Assembly (NCBI GenBank): GCA_964541625.1
Contig: CAZIRD010000002.1
Span: 6,246-70,245, forward strand
DNA length: 64,000 nucleotides
Direction: 5' to 3'
From: an uncultured Acidibacter sp.
GTDB lineage: Bacteria > Pseudomonadota > Gammaproteobacteria > Steroidobacterales > Steroidobacteraceae
Under the pieces are notes generated by a model that was not told where the DNA came from, did not search any database, and saw only the letters and a program-made list of their open reading frames with translations. Shown piece by piece: positions 55,432 to 64,000 of this stretch; within the stretch, counting starts at the first letter, position 1; each line of letters opens with the position of its first letter. Made by a program: the position numbers and the translations under genes.

Positions 55432-56073
55432 TCAGGCGGCGGCGCCCGGCTGCCGCTCGGGCGCGGCGCGCTCGAAGGCCGCGACGCTGCGGCAATGCGC
55501 GTCGATGCCGACCAGCGTCGGGTACGGCGCAAGCTCACAGGCAAAGCGGCGGGCGTTGTACATCTGCGGCACGAGGCAGATGTCGGCGAGCGAAGCCTGC
55601 GTGCCGAAGCAGAACCGACCGTCACCCGAATGACGTTGCGCCTGCTCCTCCAGCGCCGCGAAGCCCAGTGCGATCCAGTGTCGGATCCAGCCCGTCACCG
55701 CATCCTCGGCGGCGCCGAGTTCGCTGCGCAGCCAGTTGAGGACGCGCAGGTTGTTGAGCGGATGGATGTCGCAGGCAATCGCCAGCGCCATGGCGCGAAC
55801 GTTGGCGCGGCCATGCGGATCGCGCGGCAGCAGCGGCGGCTGCGGATGCGTCTCGTCAAGATATTCGATGATCGCCAGCGACTGCGTGAGCACCGCGGCG
55901 TCCACCTCCAGCGCCGGTACCAGTCCCTGCGGATTGAGCGCGAGAAAGGTCGCCGAGCGCTGCGCGCCGGCCGGCAGACTGTGGGCAACCTGCTGGTAGT
56001 CGAGGCCCTTGAGGTTGAGCGCGATGCGCGTGCGGTAGGCCGCGGAGCTGCGCCAGAAATCGTGGAGGATCAT
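55432..56073 (-). CDS. maiA: Zeta-class glutathione S-transferase / maleylacetoacetate isomerase
   Basis: ATG 56073 gives MILHDFWRSSAAYRTRIALNLKGLDYQ, the zeta-class SSxxxRxRIAL motif. ATGA overlap with the upstream hydroxylase gene. Confidence 0.8.
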   Translation of the reverse strand: MILHDFWRSSAAYRTRIALNLKGLDYQQVAHSLPAGAQRSATFLALNPQGLVPALEVDAAVLTQSLAIIEYLDETHPQPPLLPRDPHGRANVRAMALAIACDIHPLNNLRVLNWLRSELGAAEDAVTGWIRHWIALGFAALEEQAQRHSGDGRFCFGTQASLADICLVPQMYNARRFACELAPYPTLVGIDAHCRSVAAFERAAPERQPGAAA

Positions 56074-56924
56074 GCGGGCGGTTTTCCTGGAGGGATGGCG
56101 AGCGCTGACGCCTCGCGGCCGGAGCGCAGGAAGGGGTAGAAGAGCTGCACGGCCCACTTCTCGGCGCCGAACTGGCGGTCATCGGCGAGTCCGTAGGCGG
56201 GCGGATAGCGGCGGGTGATCACCGCCGTGCCGAACAGCACGTCCCAAAGAAACAGCAGATTGCCGAAGTTGCCGGAGTAGTGACCGATGCCGTCCTTCTC
56301 GGACAGGGCGTGGTGGGCATAGTGGGTGGCCGGCGTCGAGATGGTGCGCTCCAGCACCCACATCAGCGGCTGCAGGGCCGGGATGCGGTAGAGCGCCTCG
56401 TCCCAACGCCAGCTGCAGTGGGCGCCGATGATCACCAGCAGCTTGACGAAAATGTAGCCGATGTAGACCCAGCCGAAACCAAGGTAAACGAGCAGGCCCG
56501 ACAGCCAGAGGCCCGGCATCAGCGCGTAGTAGAGCGCGTTGTTGCGATAGACCACGCGCACGCTCATGTAACTGGCGGAGTGGTGCGCGCGGTGCAGCGG
56601 CCAGAGCACGCTGGTGTGCGAGAGACGGTGCCAAAGATATTGCGTCAGATCGTCGGCGATCAGCAGGGTGCCGATCATGGCCCACCAGGGCCAGTGCGCC
56701 AGCGCGCCCTGGTACTGCGGAATGTAGGCGCTGCAAAGGGCCGCGGCGGCGAGCCCGACCGACCCGGAAACGATCGGGAACGTCACCATGATGGCGAGAT
56801 CGAGACGGTTGTCCTCGCGGCTTGCCTCGGGAGGGAAGAAGCCGCCGCGCAGCAGTTCGACGACGGCGAACAGACAGAGCAGGCCGAGGACGACGATCAC
56901 CTGCGCTTCGACGGGACTCAGCAT
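56070..56924 (-). CDS. Fatty acid hydroxylase / sterol desaturase superfamily membrane di-iron enzyme
   Basis: 284 aa with TM helices plus His boxes HRLSH, HRAHH and HYAHH. Confidence 0.8.
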   Translation of the reverse strand: MLSPVEAQVIVVLGLLCLFAVVELLRGGFFPPEASREDNRLDLAIMVTFPIVSGSVGLAAAALCSAYIPQYQGALAHWPWWAMIGTLLIADDLTQYLWHRLSHTSVLWPLHRAHHSASYMSVRVVYRNNALYYALMPGLWLSGLLVYLGFGWVYIGYIFVKLLVIIGAHCSWRWDEALYRIPALQPLMWVLERTISTPATHYAHHALSEKDGIGHYSGNFGNLLFLWDVLFGTAVITRRYPPAYGLADDRQFGAEKWAVQLFYPFLRSGREASALAIPPGKPPA

Positions 56925-56941
56925 GTCCCGAGTTTACCTGT

Positions 56942-57949
56942 TCAGGCGTCGAGGTCGAGTTCGCGGCCCGCGCCGGTGCGCGCCGCTTCGGCGAGCAGTC
57001 GCGTGGCAGCGGCGAGGTCCTGGGTGGTCACACCCAGAGATTTGTAGAGGGTGATGTCGGCGTCGCTGACTCGCCCGGGTTGGCGACCGGCGAACACCTC
57101 GCCGATCTCGCCAAGCACATGCGCCTCGCTGACCGCTCCACGGGAAATCGCACCGAGGAGTTCGCCCGCCGCGGCCATTGCCGCCTCGCGGTAATCGACG
57201 AAGAACCGGCTGCGGCTGACGGTCAGGTCGTCGACTTCGGCCGTGGTCGGGATCGCCGAGCCGACGAGATTCAGGTGCTGCCCGGGGCGGCACCACTCGC
57301 CGCGGATGAAGGGCGTCTTGGCCGAAGTCACGGTGCAGACCACGTCCGCCTGCGGGAAGGCGGACGACAGATCCGTGGCGACCTGCCAGTGCAGAGCGTC
57401 GCCGCGCGCCACCGCCTCGGGGCAAACCTTGAGCCGCTCGACGAGCCGCGCCGCCCGCTCAGTGCTGCGTGCCCACACCGTCACCGTGGCAAACGGCCGG
57501 ACAGCGAGCAAGGCGCGCGCGTGGTGCCAGGCTTCTTCGCCGGCGCCGACGATCAGCAGATGCCGCGAATCCTCGCGGGCCAGCGCAGCGGTGGCGGCTG
57601 CGCTCATCGAGGCGGTACGGATCGCCGTCAGCGTGCCGCCCTCGATGAGCGCACGCGGCAAGCCGGTCGCCGGCGCAAACAGCAGCACCGCGCCGACGTG
57701 CGAGCCGTGCACATCGCCGGCTGGCCGCTCGAACTTGGAGACGATCTTGACGCCGAACGACTCGTCGGTGCCGCCGAGGTAGCCCGGCATGAGCCCGAGC
57801 TTTCCGGGGCGTGCCGGTACGGGCATGAATTGGCGCAGCGGCAGTACGCAGTCACGCTGCGAGGTGGCGATCATCGCCGCGCGCATCGCTTCGATGCAGG
57901 CCGGATAGCCGAGCAGCGCTTCGACATCCGAGCGCGTGAACACCTTCAC
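56942..57949 (-). CDS. Ornithine cyclodeaminase / mu-crystallin family (NAD(P)-dependent) enzyme
   Basis: 335 aa with a GTG start. TAIRTASMSAAATAALAR and the Rossmann motif LLIVGAGEEAWHHARAL are typical of the OCD_Mu_crystall family. Confidence 0.8.
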   Translation of the reverse strand: MKVFTRSDVEALLGYPACIEAMRAAMIATSQRDCVLPLRQFMPVPARPGKLGLMPGYLGGTDESFGVKIVSKFERPAGDVHGSHVGAVLLFAPATGLPRALIEGGTLTAIRTASMSAAATAALAREDSRHLLIVGAGEEAWHHARALLAVRPFATVTVWARSTERAARLVERLKVCPEAVARGDALHWQVATDLSSAFPQADVVCTVTSAKTPFIRGEWCRPGQHLNLVGSAIPTTAEVDDLTVSRSRFFVDYREAAMAAAGELLGAISRGAVSEAHVLGEIGEVFAGRQPGRVSDADITLYKSLGVTTQDLAAATRLLAEAARTGAGRELDLDA

Positions 57950-57951
57950 GT

Positions 57952-58449
57952 TCAGCCCCGCGGCGGCATGAAGCGCATGCGTTGCTGAATACCGGCGACG
58001 TCGTCGGGACGCGGGAACGCCGCGGGCATCGGCTCACCCGGCTGGCGCGGTCGGCCAATGGCGTTGAACCAGTCCTCGAGACCCGGCGGCATGAACACCC
58101 AGAAGAGCTTCATGTCCGTGTCGCCGGTGTTGTCGATGCGATGGCGCGCGTTGCGACAGAAGAGCACCGCAGAGCCCGGCTCGAGCGGTGTCGTCACGTC
58201 GTCGATGGTGACCGTGCCGCGACCCTCATGGACGAAGACGAGTTCGTGGTTCTGCAGGTGACCGTGTTCACGGATGTGGCAACCCGGCGGCAGCAGCTGC
58301 GTGCCGGCTGAGAAGTCCTCGTAAGGCGTATTCTGCGGCGAGAACTTGACGGTGACATAGCCGCGTGAAGGCAGCGGCTGCCACAGCGACTGGCCGTCGT
58401 CCGGCCCGCTGACTACCGTGTGCGTACCGCCGGAATCTGCTCGCGCCAT
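57952..58449 (-). CDS. Cupin-domain protein
   Basis: ATG 58449. Cupin motifs HIREHGHLQNHELVFVHEG and GSAVLFCRNARHRIDN. 37-nt overlap with the upstream hydrolase gene. Confidence 0.7.
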   Translation of the reverse strand: MARADSGGTHTVVSGPDDGQSLWQPLPSRGYVTVKFSPQNTPYEDFSAGTQLLPPGCHIREHGHLQNHELVFVHEGRGTVTIDDVTTPLEPGSAVLFCRNARHRIDNTGDTDMKLFWVFMPPGLEDWFNAIGRPRQPGEPMPAAFPRPDDVAGIQQRMRFMPPRG

Positions 58450-59306
58450 GTCTCGTCTCCTCGGGCCTGCTGGCGCTGCTCGCGCAGGAAGTCGAGCACG
58501 GCCGCGTTGTATTCGCTGGTCACGGTTTGCGGGCAAAAATGCCCGCCCTCGCCGAGCACGCAGAGTCGCGCACCCGGGATGCGCTGCGCAAGTTCCTCGG
58601 ACATCGAGGCGGGCGTGAGCTGGTCATCGCGGGCGCCGATGACGAAGGTCGGTGTGCGGATGGCGTCGAGCCGGTGACGCAGGTCATGCGCCATCACGGC
58701 ATTGAGGCGGCCGAGTTCGATTTCGAGGCCGGGGAACTCGGCGAGGCGCGTCTCGAAGAAAGAGCGCGTGTCCTTGAAACGATCCTTGAGATACCAGGCC
58801 GGCGTCGCGAGCAGCGTGCCCATCATCAGGTAATTGAGCGGCCCGGAGTTGACGAGGATGTCGCGGCGCGTGTGGAAGGTCTGCAGGAAAAGCGGCGTCG
58901 GCCCCGCCCAGCTCGCGCTCAGCACCAGCGAGGCCAGCCGGCCGGGCTCGCGCAGCGCGACATGCTGACCGATGGCGCCGCCGGTGGAATGACCGACGAG
59001 ATGCGCGCGCTCGATGCCCAGCGCATCCATGACGCGCAGCAGATCGTCGGCGAGTTCCCCGGCGTTGGAGATGATCGGACCCGGGCCGGAGCGGCCGACG
59101 CCGCGATGGTCATGCAGGACGACGCGAAATTCACGCGCGAACTCCGCCACCTGCGCGCCCCAGAAGCGCCCGCTGCCACCCAAGCCGGCGACCAGCAGCA
59201 AAGGCTCGCCCTCACCGTGTTCCTCAACGTAGATGTCGGCATGACCGATGGCGACACGGCGCCCGGCAACGGCAGGTGGCTGGCTCATGGAACGCATTTT
59301 TGCCAC
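58413..59306 (-). CDS. Alpha/beta hydrolase (enol-lactonase/RutD-like)
   Basis: LLLVAGLGGSGRFW, nucleophile elbow VGHSTGG and C-terminal GGHFCP His. Start uncertain (59306, 59297 or 59288). Confidence 0.8.
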   Translation of the reverse strand: MAKMRSMSQPPAVAGRRVAIGHADIYVEEHGEGEPLLLVAGLGGSGRFWGAQVAEFAREFRVVLHDHRGVGRSGPGPIISNAGELADDLLRVMDALGIERAHLVGHSTGGAIGQHVALREPGRLASLVLSASWAGPTPLFLQTFHTRRDILVNSGPLNYLMMGTLLATPAWYLKDRFKDTRSFFETRLAEFPGLEIELGRLNAVMAHDLRHRLDAIRTPTFVIGARDDQLTPASMSEELAQRIPGARLCVLGEGGHFCPQTVTSEYNAAVLDFLREQRQQARGDETWREQIPAVRTR

Positions 59307-59444
59307 GCGTCAGGCATGCAACCAATGCTTTGTGGCTTCCGTCCCATGCACTGCCGTTATGGCAGGACTCGGCGAATCGATTGTTGCCGACACCGGGTCA
59401 TTGCTTGAATAGTGTTCGGACAATCCGCACGGGAAATCGCACCC

Positions 59445-60392
59445 ATGGCCCTGAACCGCAGCCCGCAGAATCCCATCACCGCCGAAGATATCGCCACCTA
59501 TGAGCGCGACGGCTGCGTCCTGCTGCGCGGGGTCTGCAACAGCGACTGGATCGAGCGGTTGCTGCCGGTGGCGGAACGGCTGGTGGTGCAGAAGGAGGAC
59601 TTCGGCCTGCTGCCCTCATACCCCGGCCGGTACATGGCGCGCACCATCCCGGAGTTCCGCGAACTGGCCTTCGACGGGCCGCTCGCCGAGGCCGCCTGTC
59701 GGGTGATGGGTTCGAACGAAGCGCATTTCTTTTTCGACGAAATCTTTGCCAAGGCACCGCGTTCGCCGGAGAAGACCATCTGGCACACCGACCGCATGGG
59801 CTGGCCGGTCAGCGGCAAGATGGTGCCGTCGCTGTGGATGCCGCTGACGCGCATCACCCACGCCAACTCGCTCGAATGCATCGCCGGCACGCACCGCGAG
59901 GACGTGCGCTACTGGCTGTTCTCGCCGAACGCCCGCAAGATGATCAAGCCGCCCGACCGCGTACCGCACGTCGACTGCGAGCCCTGGCGCAAGGATCCCG
60001 CCTACCGCTTCCTCACCTGGGAGATGGAGCCCGGCGACTTGCTGGTCGTGCACCCGTGGACACTGCACTACTCGGGCGGCAACCCGGAGGACATCTGGCG
60101 GATCGCGGTGTCGGTGCGGGTGTTCGGCGACGACATCCGCTGGGACCCGCGGCCAGACTGCGTCAACCTCGCCGGGATCAGTTTCGACGAGATGATCCTG
60201 GGGGAACGCCCGGACGGCCCGCTCTGTCCGCTCGTCTGGTCGGCGGACGGGCGGCGCGACGGCGATGCGCACTATCCGCGCAGCTTCGCCACCCGTTGGA
60301 CCCGTGCGCGCAAGACCGACGTCAATGAATACGACGTGTTCGAGAAAAACTTCGCCGCCACCCGGGCCGCCGCGACCACCCCTTCAGGCTGA
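59445..60392 (+). CDS. Phytanoyl-CoA dioxygenase (PhyH) family Fe(II)/2OG oxygenase
   Basis: ATG 59445 (the ORF opens at GTG 59412). YERDGCVLLRG, WHTDRMGWP and HPWTLHYSGGN match the PhyH His/Asp...His pattern. Confidence 0.7.
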   Translation: MALNRSPQNPITAEDIATYERDGCVLLRGVCNSDWIERLLPVAERLVVQKEDFGLLPSYPGRYMARTIPEFRELAFDGPLAEAACRVMGSNEAHFFFDEIFAKAPRSPEKTIWHTDRMGWPVSGKMVPSLWMPLTRITHANSLECIAGTHREDVRYWLFSPNARKMIKPPDRVPHVDCEPWRKDPAYRFLTWEMEPGDLLVVHPWTLHYSGGNPEDIWRIAVSVRVFGDDIRWDPRPDCVNLAGISFDEMILGERPDGPLCPLVWSADGRRDGDAHYPRSFATRWTRARKTDVNEYDVFEKNFAATRAAATTPSG

Positions 60393-61277
60393 GCGGGCAA
60401 CGCGCCGGAACTCGTCGAGGACATGCCCGACCGCGGGGCGTGAGTCGGCACCGCTGCGATAGATGAGCCCGGCCTGCCGCTCGATCGCCGAGTCGAGCGG
60501 CAGCGGCAGCAATTCGGGCTCCGGCACGGGTCCCGTGAGCAGATGCGCGGGCAACGGGCAGAGGAACTTGCCGCCGCGCACCAGCGACATCATCAGGTTG
60601 AGCGAGTTGGTGCGGAACACGTCGCGCGGCGCCGGCAAGCCTTCCTCGGCGAAGTAGCGCTCGAAGCTGTCCTGCGCGTGCGGCTGGTCGGCGATCACCC
60701 AGCGATAAGCGACGAGATCCGACCGCTCGACCGATTTGCGCTTGGCCAGCGGATGGCTCCTGCCCGCCATGACCACCGAGCGCACGGTCATCAACGGTTC
60801 GAGCACGAAATCAGCCGACACCGTGACCTGCGGGAAATTGGAGAAGATCAGGTCGAGTCGACCATCCTGAATGCGCCGCAGCAGCTCCTCGAAAAAGCCG
60901 TCGGTGACCACCATGGCGAGTCGCGGGTGTGCCTGCGCGAGATCTTGCGCGACCGTCGCGGTGACATGGGTGGCGAACATCGAACCGACGCCGACGTAGA
61001 CCGTACCGGTGACGCCGCGCTCGAGTTCGCGTACCTCACGCGTCAGTCGCTGGCAGGCGTTGAGGACGATCTGCGCATGGTGGTAGAGCGCGAGCCCCGC
61101 CTCGGTCGGTGCGACGCCGCGCGGTTTGCGCTCCAGCAACTCGACACCGAGCAGATCCTCGAGGTTCTTGATGCTGCGGGTCAGCGCCGGCTGGCTGATC
61201 GCCACGCGCTCGGCGGCACGCGAGAGATTGGCGCAGTCGACGACCGCCACGAAGTGACGAAGCTGGCGCAGTTCCAT
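60384..61277 (-). CDS. LysR-family transcriptional regulator
   Basis: MELRQLRHFVAVVDCANLSRAAERVAISQPALTRSIKNLEDLLGVELLER is a canonical LysR HTH. 297 aa. Confidence 0.9.
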   Translation of the reverse strand: MELRQLRHFVAVVDCANLSRAAERVAISQPALTRSIKNLEDLLGVELLERKPRGVAPTEAGLALYHHAQIVLNACQRLTREVRELERGVTGTVYVGVGSMFATHVTATVAQDLAQAHPRLAMVVTDGFFEELLRRIQDGRLDLIFSNFPQVTVSADFVLEPLMTVRSVVMAGRSHPLAKRKSVERSDLVAYRWVIADQPHAQDSFERYFAEEGLPAPRDVFRTNSLNLMMSLVRGGKFLCPLPAHLLTGPVPEPELLPLPLDSAIERQAGLIYRSGADSRPAVGHVLDEFRRVARSA

Positions 61278-61315
61278 GATGGCCTCGGCCCCGGCCGGCC
61301 GGGTTGCCTGTTGCG

Positions 61316-61330
61316 ATGCGGAGAGCGCAT
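61316..61330. promoter_or_regulatory. LysR-type T-N11-A dyad ATGCG-GAGAG-CGCAT
   Basis: Perfect 5-5-5 palindrome containing T-N11-A. It lies between the divergent LysR (start 61277) and GMC oxidoreductase (start 61373) genes. Confidence 0.45.
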
Positions 61331-61372
61331 GGATTGTGCCCCGGAAATGATTTGCATGGCTACGCGCCGTCG

Positions 61373-63001
61373 ATGGACACTGCGCCGGCGATGGGCGGTT
61401 CGACCGGCAACTGGGACTACATCATCGTCGGGGCCGGCTCGGCGGGCTGCGTGCTCGCCAATCGCCTCTCCGCGGACCCGGCAGTGCGCGTACTGCTGAT
61501 CGAATCCGGACCGCGCGACTACTCCCCTTACCTGCACGTGCCGGCGGCACTCATCCGCGCGGTCGGCAATCCGCGCTACGACTGGTGCCTCCTCGGTGAA
61601 CCCGATCCTTCGCGTGGCGGCAGGGTCGATCTCTGGCCGGCCGGCCGCGTGCTCGGCGGCTCGAGCGCCATCAACGGCATGCTGTTCGTGCGCGGGGCGC
61701 GCGAGGACTTTGACGGCTGGGCGGCGCTGGGTAACCGCGGCTGGTCCTTCGATGACGTGCTGCCGGCTTTCCGCAGCATCGAAAATTCCGCCGTCGACAT
61801 CGACGGCAGCCGCGGTCATGGCGGACCGATGCAGGTCTCGCGCCTGCGCACGACCCACCCGCTCGGTGAAGTTTTCCTGCAGGCAGCCGCGGAACTCGGC
61901 GTGCGCCTGAACGACGATTACAACGGTCTCGAGCAGGAAGGCGTCTCGCCACCACAGGTGACGCAGATCGACGGCTGGCGCTGCAGCAGCGCACGCGCCT
62001 TTCTCGCGCCGGTGCGGCGGCGGCGCAATCTCGAAGTGCTCACCGGCACCGACGTCGAGCGGCTGCTGTTCGCCGCCGACGGTCGGCGCTGCAGCGGCGT
62101 CGAAACCCGCAGCGGTCGCCACCTGCTGGCGCCGCGCGGCGAGGTGCTGCTGGCCGCCGGCACACTCGGCTCGCCGAAGATCCTGATGCACTCCGGCATC
62201 GGCGACGCCGCGGCGCTCGGCGAACTCGGCATCGGCGTGCGCCTGCATCGGCCTGCGGTCGGCGCCAACCTGCAGGAGCATCCGAACTCGGTGGTCTGTG
62301 CGCACGTCAACATGCGCACCTACAACATGGACGCGACCCCACTGCGCATGTTGCGCAACACGCTCTACTGGCTGCTTACCGGGCGCGGTCCCGCCTCGAG
62401 CCCCTATCCGCATGCCGTGGGCTTCATGCGCTCCTCGCCCGCCGAAGCGCGCCCAGACCTGCAGTTCCTGTTCGGACCCTTTGCCTTCTCATTCGACGAG
62501 CGCGGCATCCTGCCCTACGCGGGCCCGGCGGTATCGATCGTCGTCAACACCTGCCGGCCGCGGGCGCGCGGCAAGCTGTCGCTGCGCAATGCCGATCCCG
62601 CAACGCCGGTACGTATCGCCCACGCGCTGCTCGCCGACGAGGACGACCTGCGACGCCAGGTCGCCGGCTGTCGGCTCGCACGCGAGCTGTTGCGTGCGTC
62701 GGCGTTTGCACCCCATGTCCGCGGCGAATACCTGCCGGGACCTGCGATCGACGATGATGCCGGCTGGCAAGAGCACATCCGCCGAACGAGTTTCCTCGGC
62801 TATCACCCGGTTGGCACCTGCCGCATGGGCGTCGACGCCGAGGCCGTGGTCGATCCGCGGCTCGCGGTGCGCGAGGTGGACGCCCTGCGGGTGGTCGATG
62901 CCTCGGTGATGCCGACGCTGGTGTCGGCCAACACCAACGCGGCGACCATGATGATTGCCGAGAAAGCCGCGTCGATGATCCTCGAGGACCGCGCCGCATG
63001 A
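61373..63001 (+). CDS. GMC-family FAD oxidoreductase (choline/alcohol dehydrogenase-like)
   Basis: ATG 61373. WDYIIVGAGSAGCVLANRLS (FAD ADP-binding), GGSSAINGM and C-terminal HPVGTCRMG motifs. Confidence 0.9.
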   Translation: MDTAPAMGGSTGNWDYIIVGAGSAGCVLANRLSADPAVRVLLIESGPRDYSPYLHVPAALIRAVGNPRYDWCLLGEPDPSRGGRVDLWPAGRVLGGSSAINGMLFVRGAREDFDGWAALGNRGWSFDDVLPAFRSIENSAVDIDGSRGHGGPMQVSRLRTTHPLGEVFLQAAAELGVRLNDDYNGLEQEGVSPPQVTQIDGWRCSSARAFLAPVRRRRNLEVLTGTDVERLLFAADGRRCSGVETRSGRHLLAPRGEVLLAAGTLGSPKILMHSGIGDAAALGELGIGVRLHRPAVGANLQEHPNSVVCAHVNMRTYNMDATPLRMLRNTLYWLLTGRGPASSPYPHAVGFMRSSPAEARPDLQFLFGPFAFSFDERGILPYAGPAVSIVVNTCRPRARGKLSLRNADPATPVRIAHALLADEDDLRRQVAGCRLARELLRASAFAPHVRGEYLPGPAIDDDAGWQEHIRRTSFLGYHPVGTCRMGVDAEAVVDPRLAVREVDALRVVDASVMPTLVSANTNAATMMIAEKAASMILEDRAA

Positions 63002-64000
63002 CCACACAACGCGCAGAACACGCCCGCTGCGGACGCGATCCCTCGGCGTTCTGGCTGCAGGCGGCCGCAGCGATCGACTGGACTCGCGCCCCGCGTGTCG
63101 GCTGCGATGTCTCGCGCACGCCGTCGGGCGAGTGGTTCGTCGATGGCGAACTCAACGCCTGCCACAATGCCGTCGATCGTCATGTCGAGGCAGGACGCGG
63201 TGAGCAGCGCGCGCTGATCCATGTCAGTGCGATGACCGGCCGGGAACGCAGTTACAGCTTCCGTGAACTGCGCGACGAGGTCGCAAAGCTCGCCGGTGCG
63301 CTGCGAGGGCTCGGCGTCGGTGCCGGCGATCGCGTGATCATCTACATGCCGATGGTGCCCGAAGCGGTGTTCGCGATGCTGGCCTGCGCCCGCCTCGGTG
63401 CCGTGCACTCGGTGGTCTTCGGCGGCTTCGCGGCACGCGAGCTTGCCGTGCGCATCGACGATGCCCAGCCGCGCGTCGTGCTTGCGGCCTCCTGCGGTCT
63501 CGAGCCCGGTCGCGTCGTCGACTATCACGCGCTGCTGACCCGCGCGCTCGAACTTGCCAGCCATCGGCCCGAGCACTGCGTCGTGCTGCAACGCGAGCAG
63601 TGCCTGGCAACGCTGCGTGCGGGTCGCGATCTCGACTGGATGCAGATGCTGGCAAACGCTGCACCGGCCGCGGCGGTGCCGATGCCCTCGAATGCGCCGC
63701 TTTACGTGCTCTACACCTCCGGCACCACCGGCAAACCGAAGGGTGTGGTGCGCGATACCGGCGGCTACCTCGTCGCGCTGGCCTGGTCGATGCAGCACAT
63801 CTACGCCACCGCCGCCGGCGAGACCTTCTGGGCGGCCTCGGACATCGGCTGGGTCGTTGGTCATTCGTACATCGTTTACGGACCGCTGCTGCAGGGCTGT
63901 GCCACCGTGCTCTATGAGGGCAAGCCGGTGGGCACGCCGGACGCCGGCGCCTACTGGCGCATCGTCGAGCGGCATCGGGTGACCACGCTGTTCACCGCGC
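62998..64000 (+). CDS. Acyl-CoA synthetase (AMP-forming; acetyl/propionyl-CoA synthetase-like), N-terminal ~334 codons; continues past the right edge
   Basis: Not in the ORF track (no stop in the window). Hand translation from ATG 62998 (ATGA overlap with the GMC stop) gives MTTQRAEHARCGRDPSAFWLQAAAAIDWTRAP...GELNACHNAVDRHV...LYVLYTSGTTGKPKGVVRDTGGY. Confidence 0.85.
   Translation, partial: MTTQRAEHARCGRDPSAFWLQAAAAIDWTRAPRVGCDVSRTPSGEWFVDGELNACHNAVDRHVEAGRGEQRALIHVSAMTGRERSYSFRELRDEVAKLAGALRGLGVGAGDRVIIYMPMVPEAVFAMLACARLGAVHSVVFGGFAARELAVRIDDAQPRVVLAASCGLEPGRVVDYHALLTRALELASHRPEHCVVLQREQCLATLRAGRDLDWMQMLANAAPAAAVPMPSNAPLYVLYTSGTTGKPKGVVRDTGGYLVALAWSMQHIYATAAGETFWAASDIGWVVGHSYIVYGPLLQGCATVLYEGKPVGTPDAGAYWRIVERHRVTTLFTA

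Noticed and set aside
1-64000. Mobile elements, prophage, defence islands, tRNA/rRNA genes
   Set aside because: I recognised no transposase, integrase, recombinase, restriction/helicase/nuclease-type defence genes, terminal inverted repeats or tRNA-like cloverleaf candidates. The AT-richer patches all coincide with ordinary intergenic promoter regions. A tRNAscan/Infernal run would be needed to exclude small RNAs formally.

Overview
GC-rich (by eye about two-thirds G+C, not computed), densely coding bacterial chromosomal segment. The gene content looks proteobacterial, like a TonB-receptor-rich gamma/beta-proteobacterium of the Xanthomonadales/Nevskiales type, but the taxon cannot be fixed from the sequence alone. 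I can support about 60 protein-coding genes, a few rho-independent terminators and several candidate operator repeats. I see no rRNA, tRNA, CRISPR array, transposase, integrase or prophage genes.

Layout, left to right:
- An RND efflux operon, cut by the left edge.
- A large TonB-dependent receptor (TBDR), then a small secreted Cys-pair protein with a TPR-aspartyl beta-hydroxylase.
- Methyltransferase and NhaR-like LysR genes.
- An orphan class-I-type HMG-CoA reductase translationally coupled to a DUF374 acyltransferase-like gene, followed by dcp.
- An ElaB/YqjD-YqjE-YqjK stress cluster.
- A DUF1343(NamZ-like)/beta-sandwich/methyltransferase operon.
- A ~1300-aa DUF3683-FAD-FeS oxidoreductase.
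- alkB directly behind a TBDR.
- An orphan receiver-MarR hybrid regulator flanked by three TBDR genes.
- Envelope genes: lysophospholipase-like hydrolase, TspO-like protein, AmiD, an Ig-RCC1 lipoprotein and a beta-propeller/di-haem peroxidase lipoprotein.
- NiCoT, a signal-peptide Mn/Fe-SOD and a VOC protein.
- nhaA, then an orphan family-5 substrate-binding protein with a formyltransferase-like gene, then NlpC/P60.
- At the right end, two divergent sets of oxidative/CoA-activating enzymes of unknown substrate, each next to a LysR regulator or candidate operator.

Best candidates for something undescribed:
- The three-TBDR locus built around the REC-MarR regulator and its repeat-rich intergenic regions.
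- The HMGR-DUF374 pair.
- The secreted-peptide/AspH pair.
- The 5-gene hydrolase-cupin-OCD-hydroxylase-GST operon.

All family calls come from motif recognition in the supplied translations and my own hand translations. No database search or computation was run. Start codons are often uncertain in this GC-rich DNA.
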